Virus record (IMG/VR): IMGVR_UViG_3300044518_000009
Location: 1 to 41,304 of that record
Direction: 5' to 3' (one strand)
DNA length: 41,304 nucleotides
Origin: a virus
Lineage: Duplodnaviria > Caudoviricetes
Positions 23,927 through 32,499 of the stretch are shown in pieces (positions within the stretch are counted from its first letter, which is position 1; every line of letters begins with the position of its first letter). The position numbers were made by a program, and so were the translations under genes. The notes beneath the pieces were generated by a model, which worked only from the letters and a program-made list of their open reading frames with translations, made no database searches and had not been told where the DNA came from.

Positions 23927-23948
23927 CTTCACCCAAATTTGGGTGAAG
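23927..23948. repeat. 22-bp palindrome copy 7
   Basis: Exact match, 1 bp after the protease stop. Confidence 0.97.
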
Positions 23949-24028
23949 GTACCTGCCTACGCCGGACCCTTAGCAACACGGGGCACCACCTAGGCCATCT
24001 GTGACAACACCAGATACCTAGGAGAACC

Positions 24029-25366
24029 TTGAATAAGCGTGAAATTCTCGCAGACCTACTGGCCAAGCGATCCGCAAAGAGCGGCGAGCTATCCGCGCTG
24101 GTGGACACCGCAAAGGCTGAGTCCCGCGCGCTCACCGACGACGAGTCGACGCGATTCGACGCCACCGAGGCGGAGATTCGCGAGATCGACCAGCGCACGT
24201 CCGAGCTTGATGCACAGATTCGCGCGGATGATGCCGCTGCTGAGATGCAGAAGCGCTATGCGCCGTCCGTGTCGGTGAAGTCCGAGCCGGAGATTTACCG
24301 TTCCGGTCTCGGCGGTCGGTCGTATTTCCGCGATCTGCACCTAGCCCGGAATCAGGGTGACCGTGAGGCGTACGACCGGCTAGAGCGGAACAACCGTGGC
24401 CGCGCGGCGGATGAGAAGCGTGCAATCTCCACCGTAAATGGAGCTGGTGGTGAATTCGTGCCGCCTCTCTGGTTGGAGGATAAGTTCGTCAGGCTTGCGC
24501 GCCCGGGTCGAATTACGGCTAACCTGACGCCGAGTTTTCCGCTTCCGCCGGGTACCGACTCGATTAACATCCCGAAGATCAACACTGGTACTGCGGTTGG
24601 CGTGCAGACCACGCAGAACAGCGCTGTCCAGCAGACTGACCTGACCACCACCAGCATTTCGAGCACCATCACCACGATTGCCGGTGGCCAGACGGTCAGC
24701 CTTCAGTTGCTGGAGCAGTCGCCACTTCAGGTGGACGACGTTATCCTGGCGGACCTGGCTGCGGCCTATGCCGTGACGCTGAACACGATGGTCCTTTCCG
24801 GTACCGGCACCAATGCGCAGCCGACCGGCATTTTCACGCTGGCTGGTACTAACTCGGTCGCCTTCACCTCCGCCTCGCCGACTCTCGGCCTGCTTTACTC
24901 CAAGCTGGCTGGCGCGATTCAGGCGATTCACACCAAGCGGTACATGCCGCCGGACACCATCATCATGCACCCGACTCGGTGGGCATGGGTCGTGGCTCAG
25001 CTTGATGGCCAGAACCGCCCGCTGGTCGTTCCGGCGGCCGGTGGTCCCATGAACGCCGTTGGTAACATGGGCGAACAGGCTTCGCAGGGGTACGCCGGTC
25101 ACATGATGGGTCTGCCGGTCTTCCTTGACGCGACGATTCCCACCAACGGTGGCGCTGGTACTAACCAGGATTCGATCATTGTCGCCCGCATGGCGGATCT
25201 CATGCTGTGGGAGGGCAACATCAAGGCTGAGGCATTCGCCCAGACGTACGCCAACCAGATGTCGATTTTCGTGAGGCTGTACAACTACATGTCGTTCCAG
25301 CCTGCGCGTTTCCCGGCTTCCATTTCCGTGATTTCGGGAACCGGTCTGGTGGCTCCGACCTTCTAA
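24029..25366 (+). CDS. Major capsid protein (HK97 fold, N-terminal delta domain)
   Basis: Coiled-coil N-terminus, GGEFVPP, S.QLLEQS, LSGTG..QPTGI, MHP..W, GLPV..D; TTG after AGGAG. Confidence 0.93.
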   Translation: MNKREILADLLAKRSAKSGELSALVDTAKAESRALTDDESTRFDATEAEIREIDQRTSELDAQIRADDAAAEMQKRYAPSVSVKSEPEIYRSGLGGRSYFRDLHLARNQGDREAYDRLERNNRGRAADEKRAISTVNGAGGEFVPPLWLEDKFVRLARPGRITANLTPSFPLPPGTDSINIPKINTGTAVGVQTTQNSAVQQTDLTTTSISSTITTIAGGQTVSLQLLEQSPLQVDDVILADLAAAYAVTLNTMVLSGTGTNAQPTGIFTLAGTNSVAFTSASPTLGLLYSKLAGAIQAIHTKRYMPPDTIIMHPTRWAWVVAQLDGQNRPLVVPAAGGPMNAVGNMGEQASQGYAGHMMGLPVFLDATIPTNGGAGTNQDSIIVARMADLMLWEGNIKAEAFAQTYANQMSIFVRLYNYMSFQPARFPASISVISGTGLVAPTF

Positions 25367-25389
25367 GGCTGACCGGTTAGGGGCTGAGT

Positions 25390-25848
25390 ATGGCGACGTC
25401 GCAATACGGCAAACTCCATCGGCTACAGCGCCGGACACGCCAAGTTGCTAGCCGTCACTCAGCCCCTCGCCGGGCCCGACCGCACAACCATCTGCGCAAG
25501 GCTCGGGCCCATGCGACGCGTGCTCGCCGACAGCACAAGGGTTCAAAGGGGCTGCGGCATCTGCGGCCGCTGAAGCCTCTCAAGCACGCGAAACCGAAGC
25601 ATCACAAGGCCCGGCATCGGACGACGCTTCAGCACAAGCGGCATGCGCGCCAACTGCACCGCAAGACAAAGAAGTTGGCGAAGCACAGGAAGAGTGCACG
25701 GCACCGGCACACGCTGCGGGCCCACCGGAAACACCGCGTGCACCATCACAGCCAGCATCGCCGGGCGCACCGGAGCGCGCATCACCAGCACCGTACGGCC
25801 CATCACCAGCACCGTACGGCTCACCGACAGCACCGGCGTTACCGGTAG
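25390..25848 (+). CDS. His/Arg/Lys-rich basic protein (protamine-like)
   Basis: 152 aa, hand count about 35 R, 32 H, 16 K, no D/E; fills the capsid-to-connector gap. Confidence 0.65.
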   Translation: MATSQYGKLHRLQRRTRQVASRHSAPRRARPHNHLRKARAHATRARRQHKGSKGLRHLRPLKPLKHAKPKHHKARHRTTLQHKRHARQLHRKTKKLAKHRKSARHRHTLRAHRKHRVHHHSQHRRAHRSAHHQHRTAHHQHRTAHRQHRRYR

Positions 25849-25859
25849 GGGGAGTGCCT

Positions 25860-26750
25860 ATGGCTCAGGTTATGTACTACATGGGCCAGGACGTGGGGCT
25901 TACCGGCACCGCGCTGGACGACAACGGGAACGCCGCTACGGCCTCTCTGACGGTCGCTCTCACGGTCACCGACCCCAACGGCGTGGTGACCCATCCGACA
26001 GCCGCTACGGGCCCGTCAGGGGCTCTCTCGGCCGTCGTGCCGTCCGTGGGAACCGCCGGGGTTTGGCTGTACCGCTGGACTGCAACCGGTACAAGCGTCA
26101 ACTGGGCCTACGAAGACCAGTTCACCGTCCGGCCGACCGGCGTAGAGCAGATGGTCGACCTGGTCTCCGTCAAGAAGCACCTAAACCTGTCGCTCGCTGA
26201 TACGCGACAGGACGACGAGCTACAGAACTTCATCCTTGCCGCCGCAGATCAGGCGCGGGATGTTTGCGGGCCGTTTCTCACGGAAACGCATACCCAGTTT
26301 TTCGACGGGGGAGTGTCGACGCTTAGCCCGGATTGGGTGCCGCTGGCGTCGATTCTCAGCATTACCGAATACTACGGTCTCTCCGCTTTCACGCTGCACG
26401 AAGAGCCCCTAGGCGCGCAGATGGACGCCTTCGCCTTTACAGCGGACTACAACACGGGACAGATTACCCGGCGCACGTTCGGCGGTGAGGCGGCGCGGTT
26501 CGCCGAAGGGTCGAAAAACATCAAGGTGGTCTATACCGCTGGTCGGGGTGGGACCATCCCGTACACGGTCCGTCTCGGTGCTCTGGAACTGATCAGGCAT
26601 CTGTGGCAGCAGACCCAACAGGGCGGACGGCCGAAATTCGGCGGTGCGGGCATGGACGGTGACAGCCTCGGTGTTCCGATGGGATTCGCGCTACCAGACC
26701 GTGTGGTTGAGCTCTGGGCACCATTCCGACGACCACCGGGAATTGCCTGA
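25860..26750 (+). CDS. Head-tail connector (gp6-like) with N-terminal beta-rich extension
   Basis: VDLVSVKKHLNL..DDEL..FI.AA and V.YTAG..P..VRLGALELIRHLWQ. Confidence 0.75.
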   Translation: MAQVMYYMGQDVGLTGTALDDNGNAATASLTVALTVTDPNGVVTHPTAATGPSGALSAVVPSVGTAGVWLYRWTATGTSVNWAYEDQFTVRPTGVEQMVDLVSVKKHLNLSLADTRQDDELQNFILAAADQARDVCGPFLTETHTQFFDGGVSTLSPDWVPLASILSITEYYGLSAFTLHEEPLGAQMDAFAFTADYNTGQITRRTFGGEAARFAEGSKNIKVVYTAGRGGTIPYTVRLGALELIRHLWQQTQQGGRPKFGGAGMDGDSLGVPMGFALPDRVVELWAPFRRPPGIA

Positions 26751-27217
26751 TGTCGATACCTACGTCTTCCGCGCCAAGCGTGCGCCAGTACCTGTACGAC
26801 TCGCTCACAGCTCAGCTGACCCCGGATCCGACGGCTACTGCGTCAAGCCTGCTGGTGTGTTTCGACCAGCCCGGCCCCGGTCAGCCCGACGACATCGTCT
26901 CAATCGGCAAGACGCACAACCAGATTGGCGTCATGGCGCTGGTTGGCGGCGGTGGCACCGGATGGCTGGACGAGAGGTACACGGTCGAGGTCACCGTAGA
27001 CGTCTTCCGGGGCGGTGACGACGCACAAGCCGCATATGCCCGCGCAAGTGCCCTATGTGACGCGGTAGTTGCCGCAGTCCGCACCGATCCGTCGCTGGGT
27101 GGGCGGGTGCTGGTCGCCAAGCCTAAGTCCATTGAGCTTGAAGTCGAAGAAGAGTCCAGCCACATGGGGCGCCGGGCCATCGGAACCATCGAAATCGAGT
27201 GCTTCCAGCGTATCTAG
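26750..27217 (+). CDS. Putative tail terminator/completion protein
   Basis: Position and VRTDPSLGGRV motif. Confidence 0.6.
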   Translation: MSIPTSSAPSVRQYLYDSLTAQLTPDPTATASSLLVCFDQPGPGQPDDIVSIGKTHNQIGVMALVGGGGTGWLDERYTVEVTVDVFRGGDDAQAAYARASALCDAVVAAVRTDPSLGGRVLVAKPKSIELEVEEESSHMGRRAIGTIEIECFQRI

Positions 27218-27239
27218 CTTCACCCAAATTTGGGTGAAG
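27218..27239. repeat. 22-bp palindrome copy 8
   Basis: Exact match immediately after the stop codon. Confidence 0.97.
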
Positions 27240-27253
27240 GTCCAGGAGTGATC

Positions 27254-27427
27254 TTGATCCTCTGCACATACACGGGCGGCGACGACCGCTACTACCCATC
27301 ACTCGGGGTCCATGCCATGCCGGGGCTGGTCGTCGAACTTCCCGAGCTTCCGGCCGATGGGCGCTGGGAAACTACCCCCGGTGCATCCCCGACTGTTCCT
27401 GATGCCCTACCGATGGAGGGGATGTAA
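27254..27427 (+). CDS. Small hypothetical protein before the tail tube gene
   Basis: TTG after AGGAG; YTG...RYYPSLG..PG motif. Confidence 0.65.
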   Translation: MILCTYTGGDDRYYPSLGVHAMPGLVVELPELPADGRWETTPGASPTVPDALPMEGM

Positions 27428-27430
27428 GAC

Positions 27431-28405
27431 ATGGGTATTCGGCCCACAGCGCAAACTGTAATGGGTATCGCCAAGGAAGCACCCGGCGCATGGGGCGTTC
27501 CTGTGGCGGCCACCAACTTTCTGCCTATCAGTCCGCCGACGCCAAAGGACGTTGTCAAGCTCTCGCAGGACAAGGGTCTGCGCGGCTCGATGGTCGCCGA
27601 GTATGGCGAGATCCAGACCGTCAAGCACAGCACCTTTGATTTCGCCGGTGACCTGTTTGCTGACACCTTTGGCTTCCTGCTGGCCGGTGTACTCGGCGAC
27701 CTAACGACCACCGGATCGGCGGCGCCGTATAGCCACGCGTTCTCGGTTCTGAACTCGGCGGATGGCCAGCCTCCGTCCTACACGCTGACGGACGCTTACA
27801 GCGTGAACACGAGGCAGTATCCGGGCGCGAAGTTCTCCGATCTCGACATCAAGTTTTCGGCTGAGGGGCTGCTGACCTACGCAGCAAAGGCCGTTGCGCT
27901 GCCGTCGGTAGCTATCGCTGTGCCGACCCCGTCGTTTACCGGTGTCGCTCCGATTCCGGCGTACATCGGCACCATCGCCATTGGTGGAACGCCGAGCCTG
28001 AGCGTCCTAGACGGGAATATCCAGATCAAGCGCGCCGTCTCAGTCGTCGACACCGTGGACGGAACTCAGGCGCCGCATGCGCTGTGGTCTGGCCCGGTGA
28101 GCGTTTCCGGGAAGCTGACGCTAGTCATGGAAGACGAAGTGCAGCTGACCAACTACCTCAGCAACACGCAGCCGTCCCTTGATGTGACGTTCCAGGTTGG
28201 AACCGGCGCGGCCCTCCAGCAGGTAAAGCTGCACATGTCGCAGGTCGCGTACCAGTCCGCCGACATCACGCGCGGCAAGGACTTTGTAGAGCTTCCGCTT
28301 TCCTTCACGGCCGTGGCGAACACCACCGACATTGGCGCTTCCGGCGGATTCTCGCCGATCAAGTGCACCCTCCAGAACGCGATTGTGGCAGGTACTTACA
28401 AGTGA
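27431..28405 (+). CDS. Major tail (tube) protein
   Basis: 324 aa, GIAKE..WG.PVA, PSYTL; position before the chaperones and tape measure. Confidence 0.88.
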   Translation: MGIRPTAQTVMGIAKEAPGAWGVPVAATNFLPISPPTPKDVVKLSQDKGLRGSMVAEYGEIQTVKHSTFDFAGDLFADTFGFLLAGVLGDLTTTGSAAPYSHAFSVLNSADGQPPSYTLTDAYSVNTRQYPGAKFSDLDIKFSAEGLLTYAAKAVALPSVAIAVPTPSFTGVAPIPAYIGTIAIGGTPSLSVLDGNIQIKRAVSVVDTVDGTQAPHALWSGPVSVSGKLTLVMEDEVQLTNYLSNTQPSLDVTFQVGTGAALQQVKLHMSQVAYQSADITRGKDFVELPLSFTAVANTTDIGASGGFSPIKCTLQNAIVAGTYK

Positions 28406-28848
28406 TGCTCCAAGTGACGCACCTTACTCTTCCCTCCGGCGCTACCGCTGATCTCCGAGACGCTGCCGATGTGACCGAGCGCCAGCGGCGACCGATTAAG
28501 CGCATTCAGGCCCAGCTAGCGGCCCTTCCGGCGTTCGTAGCTGCCGTCAAGGAAGCCGAAGCGGCCCAGCAGGTTTCCGGCGAGCTGACCCCCGACCAGC
28601 AGCTAGCTATTGCCGGTGGTATGGGCGAGGCTTTCGACCTGCTAGAGGAACTGAACGACTACCTGATCGGCGCTGTGGTGCGGGGCTGGTCGTATGACTT
28701 CCCGGTGTCAGCGGATGCGGCGCAGGACCTTCCCGGCCGGGACCTAGACGCGCTTCGCGAGGCGTGTGCTCCTTACCTGAAGGCTCTTATGCCGAACTTC
28801 GAGCCGAACCCGGATCCGGCGTCCCCTACCGTGCCCTCCGCCGTCTAA
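28405..28848 (+). CDS. Tail assembly chaperone (G-like)
   Basis: Follows the tail tube gene with a TGATG overlap; ends ...DPASPTVPSAV. Confidence 0.8.
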   Translation: MLQVTHLTLPSGATADLRDAADVTERQRRPIKRIQAQLAALPAFVAAVKEAEAAQQVSGELTPDQQLAIAGGMGEAFDLLEELNDYLIGAVVRGWSYDFPVSADAAQDLPGRDLDALREACAPYLKALMPNFEPNPDPASPTVPSAV

Positions 28849-29054
28849 GCCAGCGGCTAGAGGGGACCTTTGCCCACCCTCCCGACAGCCTTCCGCTAGA
28901 GGAGTATCGGACGTGGCGACTTTGCACGATGCTCGGCTGTCGCCCGTCCGACCTCGAAGACCAGTCCGCCCTTGAGCTTGATTGGCTGCTGGCGGTCGAT
29001 GACGCGGTTGCGCAGGCTCGGAGAAGCAAGGAAGAGGCGGCAATGAATGGCTGA
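28822..29054 (+). CDS. Tail assembly chaperone T-like segment reached by -1 frameshift
   Basis: Open -1 frame (LCTMLGCRPSDL..LDWLL) lacks a good start; candidate slip site TCCCCTAC at 28822-28829. Confidence 0.65.
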
Positions 29055-29526
29055 CTTCTTCGGTGGCATAGCGCACAGCTCAGAACTTGCACAGTCCGAG
29101 CTGACTGCCATGCAAAAGCGGGTTGATAAGGCCACGATTGCGGCCGTCAAGCGGGTGCAGACGGTTACCAAGACGTCGGTCAAGGGGCAGATGCGCGGTA
29201 AGCCCCGATGGAATCACCGGGGAAAGTCGGCGCGTACGGGCGAGCGGGTAAGCCTGCCGGAATTGCCGCGTCACAGTCCCCGCTCTGGCGGCCCGGGGAA
29301 GATGACCGGCGCGCTGTTCAAGTCGATTAGGTCGAGCAAGCGCCCGCGCAAGGTTGCGGACGGCTACAGCGGCGTTGTGTGGTCCGGTGGGGTAGGCGCA
29401 GCAACGAACCTGTACAAAGCCAAAGTTGAGGGCACCGCGCCGTATTTCAAGCCAGGCATTGCCAAAGCAACTCCCAAAATGGCCGCCGTGTGGGAAGCCG
29501 CGTGGGGCAAGGCAATCAATAAGTGA
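29047..29526 (+). CDS. HK97 gp10-like tail component
   Basis: PGKMTGALFKSI and PYFKPG motifs; basic. Confidence 0.6.
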   Translation: MADFFGGIAHSSELAQSELTAMQKRVDKATIAAVKRVQTVTKTSVKGQMRGKPRWNHRGKSARTGERVSLPELPRHSPRSGGPGKMTGALFKSIRSSKRPRKVADGYSGVVWSGGVGAATNLYKAKVEGTAPYFKPGIAKATPKMAAVWEAAWGKAINK

Positions 29527-29538
29527 GGGTGATTACGT

Positions 29539-32442
29539 ATGGCCAATCTCCCTCCGGTCTTCATTGAATTCATCGGTAACTATTCGAGTCTCAAGCGCAC
29601 CGTCAGTGGCGTCAAAACCGAGCTGGCCGAAGTGGAATCCACCGGCGGCGGTAGCGTGGCCAAGCTTGGCGCCGTTTCTCAGGCCGCACTTCTGGGAATC
29701 GGTGTTGCCGCAGGCGCTGCCGCTGTCAAGACCGTGCACATGGCGGCTGATTTTCAGACGCAGATGCAGCGCGTGCAGACCGGTGCCGGTGAGGCCGCCG
29801 GAAATATGCGGATGGTGGGCGACGGCGTTCTAGCGATGGCCGGGCAGGTTGGCCAGAGCACCGAACAGCTAACGAGCGGGCTCTACACGGTTGAGTCCGC
29901 TGGCTACCACGGGTCCGACGCGCTGAATGTCCTCAAGGTGGCAGCGCAGGGCGCCAAGGTGGGTGCTGCGGACCTCGCTCCGGTGACCGACGCGGTTACC
30001 ACGGCGCTTAACGCGTATTCGCTGAAGGCGAGCGATGCGACCGGCGTCATGAACGCGCTGGTGGCAACCGAGGCGGCCGGAAAGACCAACATGGAAGCGC
30101 TGGCTGGCTCGATGAGCTCAATTCTGCCGGTCGCTTCCGCAGCCCATGTCAGCCTCAATGAGGTCATGGGTGCAATGGCCACTATGACGGCACAGGGTAC
30201 TTCTGCGGATGTTGCCGCAACCTACTTGCGACAGACCATTGGGCAGCTGAGTAACCCCTCAGGCAAGGCCGCGCAGGAGATGCAGAGCCTCGGCCTTAGT
30301 GCTGTCAAGGTCTCCCAGAATCTCGGTACCAACGGCCTCGCGTCCACGCTGAACATGCTCACGAATGCAATCCAGAGCAAAATGGGCCCGGCGGGGACGG
30401 TGCTGGTCGAACACCTGCAAAAGGCCGCTGCCAGCAGCACTGACTTTCAGAAGGTCTTGGCGCAGCTCCCGCCCGCGCAGCAAACCTACATTGGCGCGCT
30501 GGCAACCATGGTCGGCGGGACGAAATCGATGCAGGCTGCTTTGCAGCTGACCGGCCCGCACATGGAAACGTTCAAACAGAACACGGCCGATATCGCCGAG
30601 CATGTGAAGCGCGGCGGTACCCAGGTCGAGGGATGGGCGGAAGTCCAAAAAACGTTCAATCAGCGAATGGCCGAGGCAAAAGCCAGTCTCGAAGCTATCG
30701 GAATTCAGATCGGTCAAGCCCTACTGCCGGTCGCAACGAAGATGATCGGCGTGTTTTCCACCTCGGTTACGTGGCTGACGAAGCACCACAATGTTGCAAT
30801 TGCGCTAGGCGCTGCCGTCGGCGGAATCCTGGTTGTTGGTCTTGCGGCTGCAACCGTGGCCATGTGGTCATTTACCGAATCGATGCTGGCAAACCCCACG
30901 ACCTGGATTGTTGCCGGGGTAATGCTCTTGATCGCTGCCATCGTGCTTTTGGCGATGCACTGGCGCCAGGTATGGGGCTGGATCAAGGAAATCGCTGGTG
31001 ACGTCGGAAACTGGCTGGTCGGTGCGTGGCACTGGATAGCTAACGAAACGTCAAGCATCTGGCACAACGACATTGTTGCCCCGGTCGTCGGTGCCTGGCA
31101 CGACGTTGAGCACTTCTTTGCATCAGCCTGGCACACGGTTGCCGATTCGGTCACCGGCGCGTGGCACTGGATAGGCCACGAGACCTCCCACATATGGAAC
31201 GACGACATCGTTGCCCCGGTCGTCGGTGCGTGGCGAGCCACCGAGAAATTCTTTGCTTCAGCGTGGCACACCGTAGCCGATCCGATCGTTGCTGGCTGGC
31301 GCTGGATCGAGCACGAAACGTCCGCAGTCTGGAACGGGATAACGGCGTTCTTCCGGAAATGGTGGCCGCTTCTGCTGGTCATCTTCGCGACTCCGATCGC
31401 TGTGCTGATGAGCATCTGGAATCACTGCCATACGGCGATCGAGAACACGGCCCGGGCAATCTGGGGTCGAATTTCCGCGTTCTTTGAGAAGAGTTGGGCT
31501 GATCTTTGCAGAGGAGCGGATATTGCTTGGCGGCTGATCACCAAATACGTCGTCGATCCTTCGAAGGAAGCCTGGCGCTGGCTAGAGAAGATCTGGAACG
31601 AGGCGACGGATTGGCTGTCCGCCAAGTGGCGTGACGTGTCTGACGCAGCGTCAGCATCTTGGGCGTGGATAGGCCACGAGGCGAAAGAGGGTTGGCAGCT
31701 AGTCGTCAGCTACATTATCGATCCGCTGAAGGAAATGTGGCAGTGGTTGCAGCACTTCTGGCAGGACGACGTAGTAGGGCTGCTGAAAGCCAACTGGATC
31801 GTCCTCGGCCAACTGGCAGACGCAGGCTGGCGCGCCATCAAGGATTACATCGTTAAACCGCTGCAAGAGGCGTGGGATTGGGTAGCCAATTTCGCGACGA
31901 ATATCGGTGTGACGCTGTGGAACGGAATGGTGGACACCTGGCGCCTAGTCGAGCACATCGGCGATTCGTTTGAGAGTATCGGTTCGAATATCGTCAACGG
32001 CATCATCACCGGTATCGAGAACGATGCAAGCTACCTCTTCAAGTCGCTGAAGAATCTAGCCAACGACGCACTCAATGCGGCGAAATCGTTCCTCGGCATC
32101 AACTCGCCGTCACGCGTTTTCGCTGCGGAAGTCGGCCAGTGGATCCCCCACGGAATTGCCGCCGGTATTGACCAGCACGCTGGGGTGGCTGCACGTGCCG
32201 TCTCGTCCATGGCCAGCGGAACACTCGGCCAGTTCGCCAGCGTAGGGGGCGCCGAGCCCGCTTTCGCCGGTGGCACGGTCGGTAGCGCCGGTAGTAGCGG
32301 CAGTGGCCCGGTGACGGTCGTCAACGTGACGGTGTCCGGTTCGGTCATATCGGCAGAGCGCGACCTAACGAACACCATTCAGAAAGTCATGGCGCAGTAC
32401 GGCGCCCGAAACTCCAGCACCTACACGCCTTTCCGACGCTAG
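29539..32442 (+). CDS. Tape measure protein
   Basis: 967 aa Ala-rich helical, hydrophobic segment, periodic Trp repeats, FLGINSPSRVF near the C-terminus. Confidence 0.95.
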   Translation: MANLPPVFIEFIGNYSSLKRTVSGVKTELAEVESTGGGSVAKLGAVSQAALLGIGVAAGAAAVKTVHMAADFQTQMQRVQTGAGEAAGNMRMVGDGVLAMAGQVGQSTEQLTSGLYTVESAGYHGSDALNVLKVAAQGAKVGAADLAPVTDAVTTALNAYSLKASDATGVMNALVATEAAGKTNMEALAGSMSSILPVASAAHVSLNEVMGAMATMTAQGTSADVAATYLRQTIGQLSNPSGKAAQEMQSLGLSAVKVSQNLGTNGLASTLNMLTNAIQSKMGPAGTVLVEHLQKAAASSTDFQKVLAQLPPAQQTYIGALATMVGGTKSMQAALQLTGPHMETFKQNTADIAEHVKRGGTQVEGWAEVQKTFNQRMAEAKASLEAIGIQIGQALLPVATKMIGVFSTSVTWLTKHHNVAIALGAAVGGILVVGLAAATVAMWSFTESMLANPTTWIVAGVMLLIAAIVLLAMHWRQVWGWIKEIAGDVGNWLVGAWHWIANETSSIWHNDIVAPVVGAWHDVEHFFASAWHTVADSVTGAWHWIGHETSHIWNDDIVAPVVGAWRATEKFFASAWHTVADPIVAGWRWIEHETSAVWNGITAFFRKWWPLLLVIFATPIAVLMSIWNHCHTAIENTARAIWGRISAFFEKSWADLCRGADIAWRLITKYVVDPSKEAWRWLEKIWNEATDWLSAKWRDVSDAASASWAWIGHEAKEGWQLVVSYIIDPLKEMWQWLQHFWQDDVVGLLKANWIVLGQLADAGWRAIKDYIVKPLQEAWDWVANFATNIGVTLWNGMVDTWRLVEHIGDSFESIGSNIVNGIITGIENDASYLFKSLKNLANDALNAAKSFLGINSPSRVFAAEVGQWIPHGIAAGIDQHAGVAARAVSSMASGTLGQFASVGGAEPAFAGGTVGSAGSSGSGPVTVVNVTVSGSVISAERDLTNTIQKVMAQYGARNSSTYTPFRR

Positions 32443-32453
32443 TACGTGGGGAC

Positions 32454-32475
32454 CTTCACCCAAATTTGGGTGAAG
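32454..32475. repeat. 22-bp palindrome copy 9
   Basis: Exact match, 11 bp after the tape measure stop. Confidence 0.97.
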
Positions 32476-32499
32476 GTCTGCCCGTGCTTGGGAGCACTT

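Noticed and set aside
20247-24075. 16-bp direct repeat TGGCCAAGCGATCCGC in terS and the capsid gene
   Set aside because: Only two copies, both coding (LAKRSA), with no structural context.
31018-31335. Internal ~130-bp imperfect repeats in the tape measure gene
   Set aside because: Ordinary Trp-periodic tape measure repeats; no reverse transcriptase or adenine-specific variation to suggest a diversity-generating retroelement.
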